Positions 1 through 8,765 of a stretch of 22,740 nt of DNA are shown here, in pieces; position 1 is the stretch's first letter, and each line of letters begins with the position of its first letter. This DNA comes from Candidatus Thorarchaeota archaeon (GTDB lineage: Archaea > Asgardarchaeota > Thorarchaeia > Thorarchaeales > Thorarchaeaceae): positions 1 through 22,740 of the forward strand of contig RDNZ01000044.1 in NCBI GenBank assembly GCA_011364905.1, given 5' to 3'. Position numbers and translations under genes: made by a program. The notes below the pieces were generated by a model, which worked only from the letters and a program-made list of their open reading frames with translations, had not been told where the DNA came from and searched no databases.

Positions 1-502
1 GGTTGTCTCCATCCTGGTCATCATAGTAGTCCGAGATCCCGTCTGAGTCACTGTCAACATCGTTGGGATCGGTCTTTGTGGTCCGTACCTCTTGGATGTT
101 GGTCAGACCGTCCCCATCATTATCATCCTGTGCATCATTTATCCCATCATCATCACTATCAGTATCAGTGGGTAGAGTCAGGGTGATGTTATTCTCCTCA
201 TAGTCTGTGAGTGAATCTCCGTCAGTGTCGGCTTGATTCGGATCGGTACCGAGATAGATCTCCTGCCAGTCAGTCAGCTTGTCCCCGTCAGAGTCCTTGG
301 AGTTCGGGTCTGTGCCGTAGGTGATGACCTCTGCAAAGTCAGATAGATTATCTCCATCTGTGTCCGACTTCAAGGGATTAGTGTCATAGGTCAGCACTTC
401 TTCTCCATCGTTTAACTTGTCTCCGTCAGTATCAGGATTATTGTAGAGCGTGCCCTCCATGATGATCTCCCGTGCATCCGCCAGACCATCCTTGTCAAGG
501 TC
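1..502 (-). repeat. Protein-level tandem Ca-binding repeats D-[TS]-D-G-D-x-L-x-D-x-x-E-x(3-5)-T-[DN]-P (~9 units visible)
   Basis: DLDKDGLADARE / DTDGDKLNDGEE..TNP / DTDGDNLSDFAE..TDP / DSDGDKLTDWQE..TDP / DTDGDSLTDYEE / DSDDDGINDAQD / DNDGDGLTNIQE..TDP / DSDSDGISDYYD / DQDGDN. Confidence 0.85.
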
Positions 503-1705
503 TCGCCCATAGGTCGATACCCCGCCTATGTTGGTGCCATAGGCATACTCCTGACCACCGAAGTTGTCGAGGTCTCCCACGCTCAGTGCTCCAGTGAATC
601 CGTTAGCAGTGATCTGCTTAACCCGCCATCCGGTGGAGTTGTACGTGGTGAGCGTGTTGGGTGTCCCCACAAGCACCTGCGAGTTGGTCAGATTCCCGAT
701 GTTTGCGAACCTGATGTCGTTAGGTTGTCCTCCCATGGTCTTGTTCCAGGACAACACACCGTCAGACGTGTATACTCTGAGTTGGTTTGATGCAGTCCCA
801 AGGGCAAACTCGTGCCCTCCATCGGTTACGAGGTCTCCAATCCTGAGAGCTGAGATACTGCTACCGAGTTCAAGTTTCAACGCTGGGCTCCCCGTGCTAT
901 TCCACGCGTTGAGGGTCCCATTGGTGTTGCCGTAGAGCACGTCCCAGTCTTTAGTAGTCGTGAGGTTTCCCATGGCCACAACAGTGATGGCGGTGCCACT
1001 TGTCTTCTCAAACACAATCGAACCATCGTCCTGCAAGAGGGTGAACCGCTTACCCTGAGAGGCCACGACTAGTTCTGTTTGAGGGTCGGTATCGATGTTG
1101 GCACCAGCAATCAGTCTCACCTTGCCATTACTCAGATAACTCCAGAGTTGCGTGGTGTTGGTATCAAAAGCATAGACGTAGAAGTCGTCACAGCCCACAA
1201 CGACCTCCTCGAACGCATCGCCATCGAAGTTTCCACCTGCAACAGCATAGACCGGCTCTGGCAGAGACATGTTCATCTGTACCGTCTTGTCAGCACCAAT
1301 CACAAGCACGCCATAGTCTGTGCCTATGAGTATCTCCTGACCATCGGCAGCTGTGCCATCAAATGATGCCAGTGCGTGTGGTGTCGAGCCTAGGTTGAGT
1401 CTCCACAGCAGGGTGCTGTTATCATCAAGCAAGAACAGGGTACCATTCTGCGTAATGACAGCCACCTCGTCTCGCGAGTCCGCATCAAAGTTGTCGACAA
1501 CAAGGTCCACAACCTGGTTCCCCACACTAGTGGACCAGACGATGGCCGTGTCGAACGGTGCGATCTCTGCGAGAGCATGTGGAACCTGTTGAACCTGTGG
1601 GTTCGTGATTGTCACGGGGTGTACACCCGTGTTAGACGTCTGAACCTGCATTCCTGCAACTGCACAGACGACCAATAGGGCTATGATCACATGATAGGTC
1701 TTCAA
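1..1705 (-). CDS. Secreted FG-GAP-like beta-propeller protein with Ca-binding (TSP3-like, DxDxDxL) repeats; 3' end runs off the window
   Basis: Not in the ORF track; translated by hand. The TTG start at 1705 overlaps the upstream TGA (TTGA) and follows GGAGG. The frame is open to position 1: MKTYHVIIALLVVCAVAG (signal peptide), then ~8 blades (DNFDADSRDEVAV, GNFDGDAFEEVVV, ANIDTDPQTELVV, GDLVTDGGHEFAL, GDLDNFGGQEYAY...), then Asp-rich repeats. Confidence 0.9.
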   Translation of the reverse strand, partial: MKTYHVIIALLVVCAVAGMQVQTSNTGVHPVTITNPQVQQVPHALAEIAPFDTAIVWSTSVGNQVVDLVVDNFDADSRDEVAVITQNGTLFLLDDNSTLLWRLNLGSTPHALASFDGTAADGQEILIGTDYGVLVIGADKTVQMNMSLPEPVYAVAGGNFDGDAFEEVVVGCDDFYVYAFDTNTTQLWSYLSNGKVRLIAGANIDTDPQTELVVASQGKRFTLLQDDGSIVFEKTSGTAITVVAMGNLTTTKDWDVLYGNTNGTLNAWNSTGSPALKLELGSSISALRIGDLVTDGGHEFALGTASNQLRVYTSDGVLSWNKTMGGQPNDIRFANIGNLTNSQVLVGTPNTLTTYNSTGWRVKQITANGFTGALSVGDLDNFGGQEYAYGTNIGGVSTYGRDLDKDGLADAREIIMEGTLYNNPDTDGDKLNDGEEVLTYDTNPLKSDTDGDNLSDFAEVITYGTDPNSKDSDGDKLTDWQEIYLGTDPNQADTDGDSLTDYEENNITLTLPTDTDSDDDGINDAQDDNDGDGLTNIQEVRTTKTDPNDVDSDSDGISDYYDDQDGDN

Positions 1706-2700
1706 GATGCGGTTCCTCCTATCTCTCTAGGATGTTGTTTCCAGGGCTTCACCTGGAAATAGTCAAAGAAATCAGCCTCTACAAGGCTGACCTCCTCAAA
1801 TGGTACTTTCATCTCATTCAGTCTGTGAATGATGGGCAGGAGCTGTTCGCTTGGGTCGTCTATGAACAGCTTCATTGCATTCCTGCCAGCTGCTGCTGTG
1901 TATTCTACGCCTGGGAGTGATTCGATCCGTTTTATCATATCCTGGGTCATTGTGTGGAGCACCACTCGAATGCTCTCTCCTTTTCCAGGGAGTGTCGAGA
2001 TCAGTTCCTCGGGAGTTCCGAACTGACTCACTTCGCCCTCCTCAAGGAGGACCACTCGTGTACAGTAATCAACAATCTCAAGGTCATGGCTGATGATGAC
2101 CATGGTCGTACCGAGCTCGTAGTTGAGCTCCTTAAGGTAGTTCAGGGTCTCATGCCTCAGGTGAGCATCGAGACCAGTTGTGGGCTCATCCAAAAGTAAC
2201 ACAGGGGGGTTGTGAATCATCCCAAGACAGATGGACACTCTCTTGCGTTCTCCGCCGGAAAGCCTGTCTATCCTTTTGGTGATGAGTTCCTCATCGAACC
2301 CGAGAATCGTGAGAACATTTCTGGCACGCTCTTCGATCTCCTTTGACCGTAGACCAAACATGCGCCCAAAGAACTGAGCATTCTGGAGAGCGTTAAAATC
2401 ATAATACAGGCTCAGGTGTTCCAGCTGAGGGACATAACCCACGAGAAGACTGATCAGCTTTGACTTCTTGGTTACATCATAACCACCAACGAAGGCCTGG
2501 CCATCAGTGGGTTTGAGTTGTCCTGTGAGAACTCTGAGAACCGTGGTCTTGCCAGCCCCTGAAGCTCCAATGACTCCTAGGAACTCCCTTTTGTTTGCAA
2601 AGAATGAGGCGCCTTTGAGCGCATAGAACTTCCCGAATGCCACCTTGAGGTCTATGATGTCAATCTCTCGATAGGTCTCCTTGGGTTCAGCCTTCGCCAC
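1702..2700 (-). CDS. ABC transporter ATP-binding protein (ABC-2/DrrA-like exporter type) with C-terminal ACT-like extension
   Basis: Walker A GASGAGKT, Q-loop YVPQ, signature LSGGE, Walker B LLLDEPT, H-switch ISH. The likely start is the GTG at 2700 after GGAGGTG, just past the upstream stop; the ORF track starts at 2724. Confidence 0.93.
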   Translation of the reverse strand: MAKAEPKETYREIDIIDLKVAFGKFYALKGASFFANKREFLGVIGASGAGKTTVLRVLTGQLKPTDGQAFVGGYDVTKKSKLISLLVGYVPQLEHLSLYYDFNALQNAQFFGRMFGLRSKEIEERARNVLTILGFDEELITKRIDRLSGGERKRVSICLGMIHNPPVLLLDEPTTGLDAHLRHETLNYLKELNYELGTTMVIISHDLEIVDYCTRVVLLEEGEVSQFGTPEELISTLPGKGESIRVVLHTMTQDMIKRIESLPGVEYTAAAGRNAMKLFIDDPSEQLLPIIHRLNEMKVPFEEVSLVEADFFDYFQVKPWKQHPREIGGTAS

Positions 2701-2701
2701 A

Positions 2702-5700
2702 TCACACACCTCCAACCTTCTCACTCACGCTCTGGAACATCTTGCGGCCCATCTCGATATCCTCCATGAGCACACGTAGAGCCTCAATCTTCTGTATCCT
2801 GTCAATGTCCTCCCTTTGGATTAGTTCCTCCAATTGTGTGAACGCAGCAAGGAGCGCACTGAGCGTGTTGTCAATCTCGCGGACAAGCTCATCGTCAATC
2901 TCCGGTATCCTGAGACGTTTCTTCATTCTTCGTCTGTTCCAGAAAAGGAACACAATCAGTCCGCCAAATATTGCGAGTGATGTAATTAGTGCCAGCTCTG
3001 CCATTGTCAGAAGAGTGAATGGCGGAGGCGTAGTTGTTGGTGGCTCAACCTCATACATATAGAAGCTGACACTGGCATAGGTCATGGCATAATCTTCATC
3101 TCCCAGAATGAGGAATATCCCATTGATCCTCCCCGCCTTTCTCCAGTAGCTTGGTGCGAACTGTGAGGAATAGAGACCATCCTCCACAAAACCTGCGATG
3201 AAGAATGTCAGACTCCCATTTGGCAGCTCATAGGCAATCGCGACGAATAGATCGTTCACTGGGTTTCCATAGTAGTCTGAAATTTCCAGATTGACGTAGA
3301 CACTTCTCCCAACTTGATAGTACGAAGTGTTTTCTGAGAGACTGGTCGAAGTGGTCAGCGTGTTTCGAAGGAGATACTGGTTGAGATTGTCAAGAAGCAT
3401 GCTATTGTTGCACTTCACCAGGTTCTTGTTCATGAATATCTTTGATGAGCCGAATAATGCGAGTTCTGGGTCCGTCGTGTCAAGCAAGGCAATACTCTTG
3501 CCATTGAGCCTAGCATTGGCTAAGGACTGATTGTTCATAATGTAGGTCCCGCCACCAAGCCAAATGCTCTCCAAACCATTGCCCAGAATGGTACTAGTCA
3601 CAATCGCAGTCGTGTTCTCCTCATCATGTGTCCCATCAAGATAATAGCCGTACTCCATCAGAAGAGGATTGAGGACTGTGATGTTTGCATTGTCATTATT
3701 ATCACCTAGGATAATCAGTGTTCCACCATTGTTTGAGAACTCTCGGAGGGTATCTATCTCTGTCTGGTTAAACATCTCTGTTGGGGCGACGATGAATACG
3801 GTCGAGAATGTTGTTAGCAGATCTGAGTCCAACTCCATCCCAGGCGTTTCGACGAGGTCAAGGCCCACCTCCGCCATGGACTTCTTCATATTGGATAGAC
3901 CCGAGAATGTTGTCATTCTGAAGGCATCGAAGAGACCTGAGAGCGAGTCCAGACTGCCTAGATCGTTGAGACTAAAGCCAGTAAGCATGTCCGATTGGCT
4001 GGAGCCGCCCTCCTGAGCAAGTGGGAATCCCAGACCTCCTGCTTCACCCGTGAGGTTTTCGGCGCTTCCGAAACCTCCCGCGTCTCCGAGCAGTGATCCG
4101 AATCCTCCTCCATGGGATGTGTCAAAAAGCATCATTGCCCTCGGATAATGGAGGACTCTCTCAAGGGTGATATTCGTACTCCACCCATACTCTGTTTCAA
4201 GCACATAGTCACACCTATGATATCCATCCATGCCAATGGGTGGTGCGAGCAAGAACAGCGAGAAGTCGTAGAATCCCTCAATCGTTTCTGCGGCGGTTAG
4301 GGACATGTTACCCCACATTGACGCATTTCCGTAACTCGTGATTGTCAGGTTCCCAAGTGACTCAGTGGTTGACAATACGAAACTATAGAGTCCGAAGTCT
4401 GCTGGAAATCTGATGTCAAAGGGTGCAAAAGGCAGTTTCTTCGGGAACACAGATGTCGATGGAATTGGTTCGATGATGAACACATCACGCATGATGAAAT
4501 CATCCAAGATACCCACTGTTGCAGTTGCCAACAGATTAGTATTGGTGACCAGACTGATGATTTGACTCAGTCCTGTTGATGCTGCCCAGGCAGCAGTTCT
4601 GATTCCTTCAGTTTCAGGACGCCAATCGGTTACGAGTTTCTTAGCTTTGAACGGCTCAATCACATCGTAGTTGAAGTATCTGGAGAAAATAGTCCCATTG
4701 CTACCACCGCCTTCAAGCACTAACATTGCGGCGAGGGCGGACGAATTGTACTCTCCGATGTTCATGATGATTGCCGATGACTCATAGGTGTTCCCAGTTT
4801 GTGCAATCCTTGGGACGTCTGCATCTATTATAATGAGGTCTCCCTGATCTGTAACCGTTGAGGGCACTTCGCTTTCCCACATGGCATCAATTGATGCATC
4901 AAGGACAGTACGATTTTCGCCAAAACCAAGCGCTAGGGTGACATTAACAAGCTCGTCTACATCCAGCGTTCCAAAGTCCCATTGTAGTGCCAGACCCACA
5001 TCGCCATCAAAGGTGGTTGAACCGGTCAAGTTGTTTTCGGACACATGATTCGATATAGTGGATGAATTGCCAACCTCGAATGCCGATAAGGGGATGCTTG
5101 AGTTCATACCTACATAGAAATTCCCATAGTTCTCTGAGAGACCATAGGCGAAGAGCTGTTCGTTATCTAGGCCGTATTTGCCATGGTCACTCTCGCCATC
5201 CAGATAGAGGTCGAGTGAGTACGAAACGTAGAGACTTACGTTCTCAACCGGCTCACTTCCTAAGTTCAGGATAAAGGGGGTTATTCTGAAGGCTGTCAAC
5301 GGGAGTGGTGAGTAGGTTGTGAGATTATATGACTCAACCAAGAAGGTCACATAGATTGAGTCGTTATAAGATAAAACACCAATATAGCGGTTGTAGGGTA
5401 CACTAGCAGAAGCCATGACCACCTGATGGAATTCACTCTTCACATCAAACATCATCAGATTCATAGGGTCCTCATTGTTCCATTTCAATGAGAACATTCC
5501 CATCATGAGATGAGTCCCAGAGTCTTTTGGATTACGTTGATCGAGGGCGACGAGTGTTGTGCCATAACTGCTCATCAACATTGACGTAGATGCATCGGTC
5601 CCACTGGCTGATATGAGACCAAGTGCCAACAAAGGCAGACTTGTTATTCGTGCATACGGTTTTCCTGGGGTCTGCTGAGTACTCAGATAATCGAAGGCTG

Positions 5701-7069
5701 CCTGTAGATTGAGAAGTCCGGCGCCTCCATCATTGGCACCATAATCAATCGGAGTCGCGGTGTCACGAAGGATATTAGCTAGAGCGATTGGGGTGACCCT
5801 GTCAAATGCCTGCAGTAATATTGCCGCGGCACCCGCCGTGATTGCTGCAGAGGCAGCTGTTGTATCAGCTATAGTATAGTTCTCATCTATGGTCTCACCG
5901 AGGGAACCCCCTAGTAGTCCGCCAAGACCGCCAAGGCCTCCCAAGTCGCCAAGACTCAAGTCACCAAAGCCAAGACTTGCAAGTCCTACTCCTGCTTTGG
6001 CTCCAACAACTCCTACACCAGGAGCTACCAGATCCGGCTTTGTCAATAGGGATAGAGATGGCCCTCTCCCAGAGAAATCGGGAATCTCACCTAGTTCGGT
6101 GTCATAGGCACCGACACAGAAGGCAGCCGCATTTCCACCGGGGGACATGACTGTCAAGTAATCCGGTCCGTCGTCTCCTGCTGCAGCAATAACGATAATA
6201 CCCTTCTTGGCTGCTACCTCAACAGCCTCTGATACTGCATCATCTGGTGCTCCGAGCGTGTTGAATGGTAGAAGGATAATGTCTGCTCCTCTGCTGCTTG
6301 CCCATTCAATGCCAGATACTATCCAGCTTGGTGCTGCGAAGAGACCCCCAAGGGTCACCTTTGCAGAGAGCAGTGTCGCGCCTGGTGCAATCCCAGAATA
6401 GACGCCACCAGACATATTCCCTGTACCGACAGCCACTGATGCAGCATATGTACCATGGCCAATCAGGTCAAGCGGAAGAGTATCTGCTTCAACGAACGAT
6501 GCAAACGCAGACACACTTAGGTCCGGATTAGCCGGGTCCACACCAGTGTCAAGGACTGCTATCACAGATCCTGTACCATTGTATCCTGCATCCCAGAGGT
6601 CTCGTGCATCTATCCGGTCGATGAGCGGAACATAATCCTCCGTTGAGGTCGCGGCTGTAGCTGATGTCTGCACTTGCTCAATGGGGGTCATATCATTGGA
6701 CCAAATCTTAGTGATGAACTCCTCCTTGGCTAGGTCCTCTATGGCTGAGCCTAGCATCTTAACATGAAGCATACCTATCGTTTCGAAGGCTTCTATCATC
6801 TCTGCTGTGTGGTCCGCAAAAAAGACAGCGTTCTCAGCTTTGAACTCACCCGCGCGCTCATCATACCCCACAAGAACATCAAGGTGCTGACCCGTCGAAG
6901 TCTGATTGAGAAGCGAATCATCGATCTTATCCATTGGATTCACAGTCTGCGATGTCATTCCAATAACTGGCGTAAAGGTGGAGAATCCACTGACCATTAT
7001 GATGCAGACTAACAAGTAAGCCGCTACCCTCTGGGTCACATGCTCCAGTGTTAGTTTCACACCTGTCAT
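2702..7069 (-). CDS. Large membrane-anchored S8 subtilase-like protein (probably catalytically inactive) with GIFT/DUF4350-like domain, C-terminal TM helix and cytoplasmic tail
   Basis: N-terminal hydrophobic signal; IAVLDTGVD (Asp) and GHGTYAAS (His); AAAGD in place of AAAGN; FSGRGP and KPDLVAPG; DTTAASAAITAGAAA in place of SGTSMAxPHVAG. GIFT-like segment LFDTSH...EIDTLREFSNNGGTLIILGD...ANITVLNPLL. TM LALITSLAIFGGLIVFLFW followed by NRRRMKKR. The ATG at 7069 is preferred over the track start at 7084. Confidence 0.88.
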   Translation of the reverse strand: MTGVKLTLEHVTQRVAAYLLVCIIMVSGFSTFTPVIGMTSQTVNPMDKIDDSLLNQTSTGQHLDVLVGYDERAGEFKAENAVFFADHTAEMIEAFETIGMLHVKMLGSAIEDLAKEEFITKIWSNDMTPIEQVQTSATAATSTEDYVPLIDRIDARDLWDAGYNGTGSVIAVLDTGVDPANPDLSVSAFASFVEADTLPLDLIGHGTYAASVAVGTGNMSGGVYSGIAPGATLLSAKVTLGGLFAAPSWIVSGIEWASSRGADIILLPFNTLGAPDDAVSEAVEVAAKKGIIVIAAAGDDGPDYLTVMSPGGNAAAFCVGAYDTELGEIPDFSGRGPSLSLLTKPDLVAPGVGVVGAKAGVGLASLGFGDLSLGDLGGLGGLGGLLGGSLGETIDENYTIADTTAASAAITAGAAAILLQAFDRVTPIALANILRDTATPIDYGANDGGAGLLNLQAAFDYLSTQQTPGKPYARITSLPLLALGLISASGTDASTSMLMSSYGTTLVALDQRNPKDSGTHLMMGMFSLKWNNEDPMNLMMFDVKSEFHQVVMASASVPYNRYIGVLSYNDSIYVTFLVESYNLTTYSPLPLTAFRITPFILNLGSEPVENVSLYVSYSLDLYLDGESDHGKYGLDNEQLFAYGLSENYGNFYVGMNSSIPLSAFEVGNSSTISNHVSENNLTGSTTFDGDVGLALQWDFGTLDVDELVNVTLALGFGENRTVLDASIDAMWESEVPSTVTDQGDLIIIDADVPRIAQTGNTYESSAIIMNIGEYNSSALAAMLVLEGGGSNGTIFSRYFNYDVIEPFKAKKLVTDWRPETEGIRTAAWAASTGLSQIISLVTNTNLLATATVGILDDFIMRDVFIIEPIPSTSVFPKKLPFAPFDIRFPADFGLYSFVLSTTESLGNLTITSYGNASMWGNMSLTAAETIEGFYDFSLFLLAPPIGMDGYHRCDYVLETEYGWSTNITLERVLHYPRAMMLFDTSHGGGFGSLLGDAGGFGSAENLTGEAGGLGFPLAQEGGSSQSDMLTGFSLNDLGSLDSLSGLFDAFRMTTFSGLSNMKKSMAEVGLDLVETPGMELDSDLLTTFSTVFIVAPTEMFNQTEIDTLREFSNNGGTLIILGDNNDNANITVLNPLLMEYGYYLDGTHDEENTTAIVTSTILGNGLESIWLGGGTYIMNNQSLANARLNGKSIALLDTTDPELALFGSSKIFMNKNLVKCNNSMLLDNLNQYLLRNTLTTSTSLSENTSYYQVGRSVYVNLEISDYYGNPVNDLFVAIAYELPNGSLTFFIAGFVEDGLYSSQFAPSYWRKAGRINGIFLILGDEDYAMTYASVSFYMYEVEPPTTTPPPFTLLTMAELALITSLAIFGGLIVFLFWNRRRMKKRLRIPEIDDELVREIDNTLSALLAAFTQLEELIQREDIDRIQKIEALRVLMEDIEMGRKMFQSVSEKVGGV

Positions 7070-7073
7070 TGAA

Positions 7074-8765
7074 TCACTTCTCAATTGTGCCTTGAATGAG
7101 GCCTCTGGTGATAGCTACATAGTAGTCCACCATGTCCGCCACCGATTTTGTCTTAACAATCTTAACTGGTATATTCTGTTCTTTCAGAGCTCTGACGCAG
7201 TTCTCAGCAACTACTTCGAGAGGCTCATCGGTGAACACCTTGAGAAGCTCTCCTCTCTGAAGCACAAAACGAACACCTTCAACTTTCTCCAGCGTTACGC
7301 GAGCTCTTGGGTCAACCTCCTCTAGGACGATACCTACTGAGAATCCCCTCGAGGGCATTGATTCCTTCAATTTGGCAGGACTGCCGAATGCGACGAGACT
7401 CTTTCCTCGAATGAAGACAGCCACTTTGTCACAGAACTCCGCTTCTACCGGGTAGTGCGTAATGACAATTATTGATGTTCCATACTCTTGATTGATATAG
7501 GTGAGGTAGTTCCACAGCTCGTTTCTATTATCTGGGTCCAGCCCTGATGTTGGCTCATCCATCAAGAGCACTTTGGGCTTGTGAGCCAGTGCAATAGCTA
7601 TGGAGACCCTCCGTTGTTGGCCCCCGCTAAGTTCCTTTGTGGGACTATTCCCCTTCTCCAGAACTCCAAAGTCTCTTAGGAGAGTCTTTCCTCGCTGGAT
7701 GAGTTGCCATTCGGGAATGTCGTACTGTTTTCCAAAAGCAATGATGTTCTCCAGTGGCGTAAAGGTGTCGTACATGTAAGACAGGTCCTGAGGGCAGTAT
7801 CCAAAGAAGTGTCTCACTTTCTGAGTTTGTCTTGAGTCAATGCCTGCTATCCGCGCAACACCTGTTGCAGGGATATCACCAATTAGTGCTTTCACAGTGG
7901 TTGACTTACCGGCTCCTGACTCTCCGATAATAGCCAGCATTTCCCCTTCACGCATCGAGAACGACACATTTTCGATGAGCTTTTTCCCACTTTTGACAGT
8001 AACAGTTAGGTTTCTGGCAGCCAATACATCTCTGTATTCAGGGGCTTGTTTCCACGCAAATGGCATGATATAGACTTTGCTTGCCATGATTGTGAGATTG
8101 GGATTGTAGCTAGGTCCAATCAATAGCTGGGGCTGAGCAACCATGTATATCTTCGGATCTCCCACCTCTTCTTCTGGTGCAATCCTAACCTCAAGTGTGC
8201 CTTCAGGGAGAATGGGTGCTGGCCTAGTTGCAGCGCCAACAATTGTGCCTTTGATCATGATAGGCGTCTTGTCCGACTCCCTCCGACCCCAGACTGTACA
8301 CTCCACCTCTTGATTCTTCATCTTTTCTAAGTCTTTCACAGCCTGTTGGAGGTCCCGACCATCATAGTATAGGTCATCAGCCATGTTTCTCTTCAAATAA
8401 TTCTGAACCGTTACCTGGGTGGCGGCCACATCATCCTGACCTGAACCCTCTCCGCCAATAGTGAGGACCTTATCAAGAACACCCGCTCGTTGTCTCCGGA
8501 GATCCTCCTCGACGTATACTGCAATTCGTCTCGTCAGGACTCCTTTCTTCACTTTCAAGATACGCCCTCGAAACTTCACATCCTTGCCTGTTGAGTTCAG
8601 TCTTCCCTCGACTTCGCAGTGTAGTTCTCGTGTTTGTCGAGTGATGCACCAATCAATGGCCTCTGCCATTCGGGCTCCAGAGAAAAAGCCTTCCTCAACA
8701 AAGGCTGGTTTTTCCTCAGCGAGCGATTCCAAACGGTCTGTATCTTGAATCATCTTTGTCATCAC
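7074..8765 (-). CDS. ABC transporter ATP-binding protein with ~240-aa N-terminal extension made of two similar beta-rich domains
   Basis: Walker A GESGAGKS, YCPQ, LSGGQ, LLMDEPT, ITH; internal duplication in the N-terminal part. The start may instead be the ATG at 8762 or 8753. Confidence 0.92.
   Translation of the reverse strand: MMTKMIQDTDRLESLAEEKPAFVEEGFFSGARMAEAIDWCITRQTRELHCEVEGRLNSTGKDVKFRGRILKVKKGVLTRRIAVYVEEDLRRQRAGVLDKVLTIGGEGSGQDDVAATQVTVQNYLKRNMADDLYYDGRDLQQAVKDLEKMKNQEVECTVWGRRESDKTPIMIKGTIVGAATRPAPILPEGTLEVRIAPEEEVGDPKIYMVAQPQLLIGPSYNPNLTIMASKVYIMPFAWKQAPEYRDVLAARNLTVTVKSGKKLIENVSFSMREGEMLAIIGESGAGKSTTVKALIGDIPATGVARIAGIDSRQTQKVRHFFGYCPQDLSYMYDTFTPLENIIAFGKQYDIPEWQLIQRGKTLLRDFGVLEKGNSPTKELSGGQQRRVSIAIALAHKPKVLLMDEPTSGLDPDNRNELWNYLTYINQEYGTSIIVITHYPVEAEFCDKVAVFIRGKSLVAFGSPAKLKESMPSRGFSVGIVLEEVDPRARVTLEKVEGVRFVLQRGELLKVFTDEPLEVVAENCVRALKEQNIPVKIVKTKSVADMVDYYVAITRGLIQGTIEK

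Noticed and set aside
1-502. Repetitive DNA as a possible CRISPR or DNA tandem repeat
   Set aside because: The similarity is at the protein level with synonymous variation; there are no identical repeats with unique spacers.
564-1592. Short ORFs 564-935, 1079-1366, 1353-1592 (+) and 1390-1578 (-)
   Set aside because: They are shadows of the long minus-strand propeller/repeat gene, which has a signal peptide, an RBS and recognisable repeats.
2702-7069. Active S8 protease or S53 sedolisin call
   Set aside because: The GTS motif is missing. Although the oxyanion position is Asp as in S53, the Asp/His motifs are S8-type and no E-x3-D sedolisin motif is evident.
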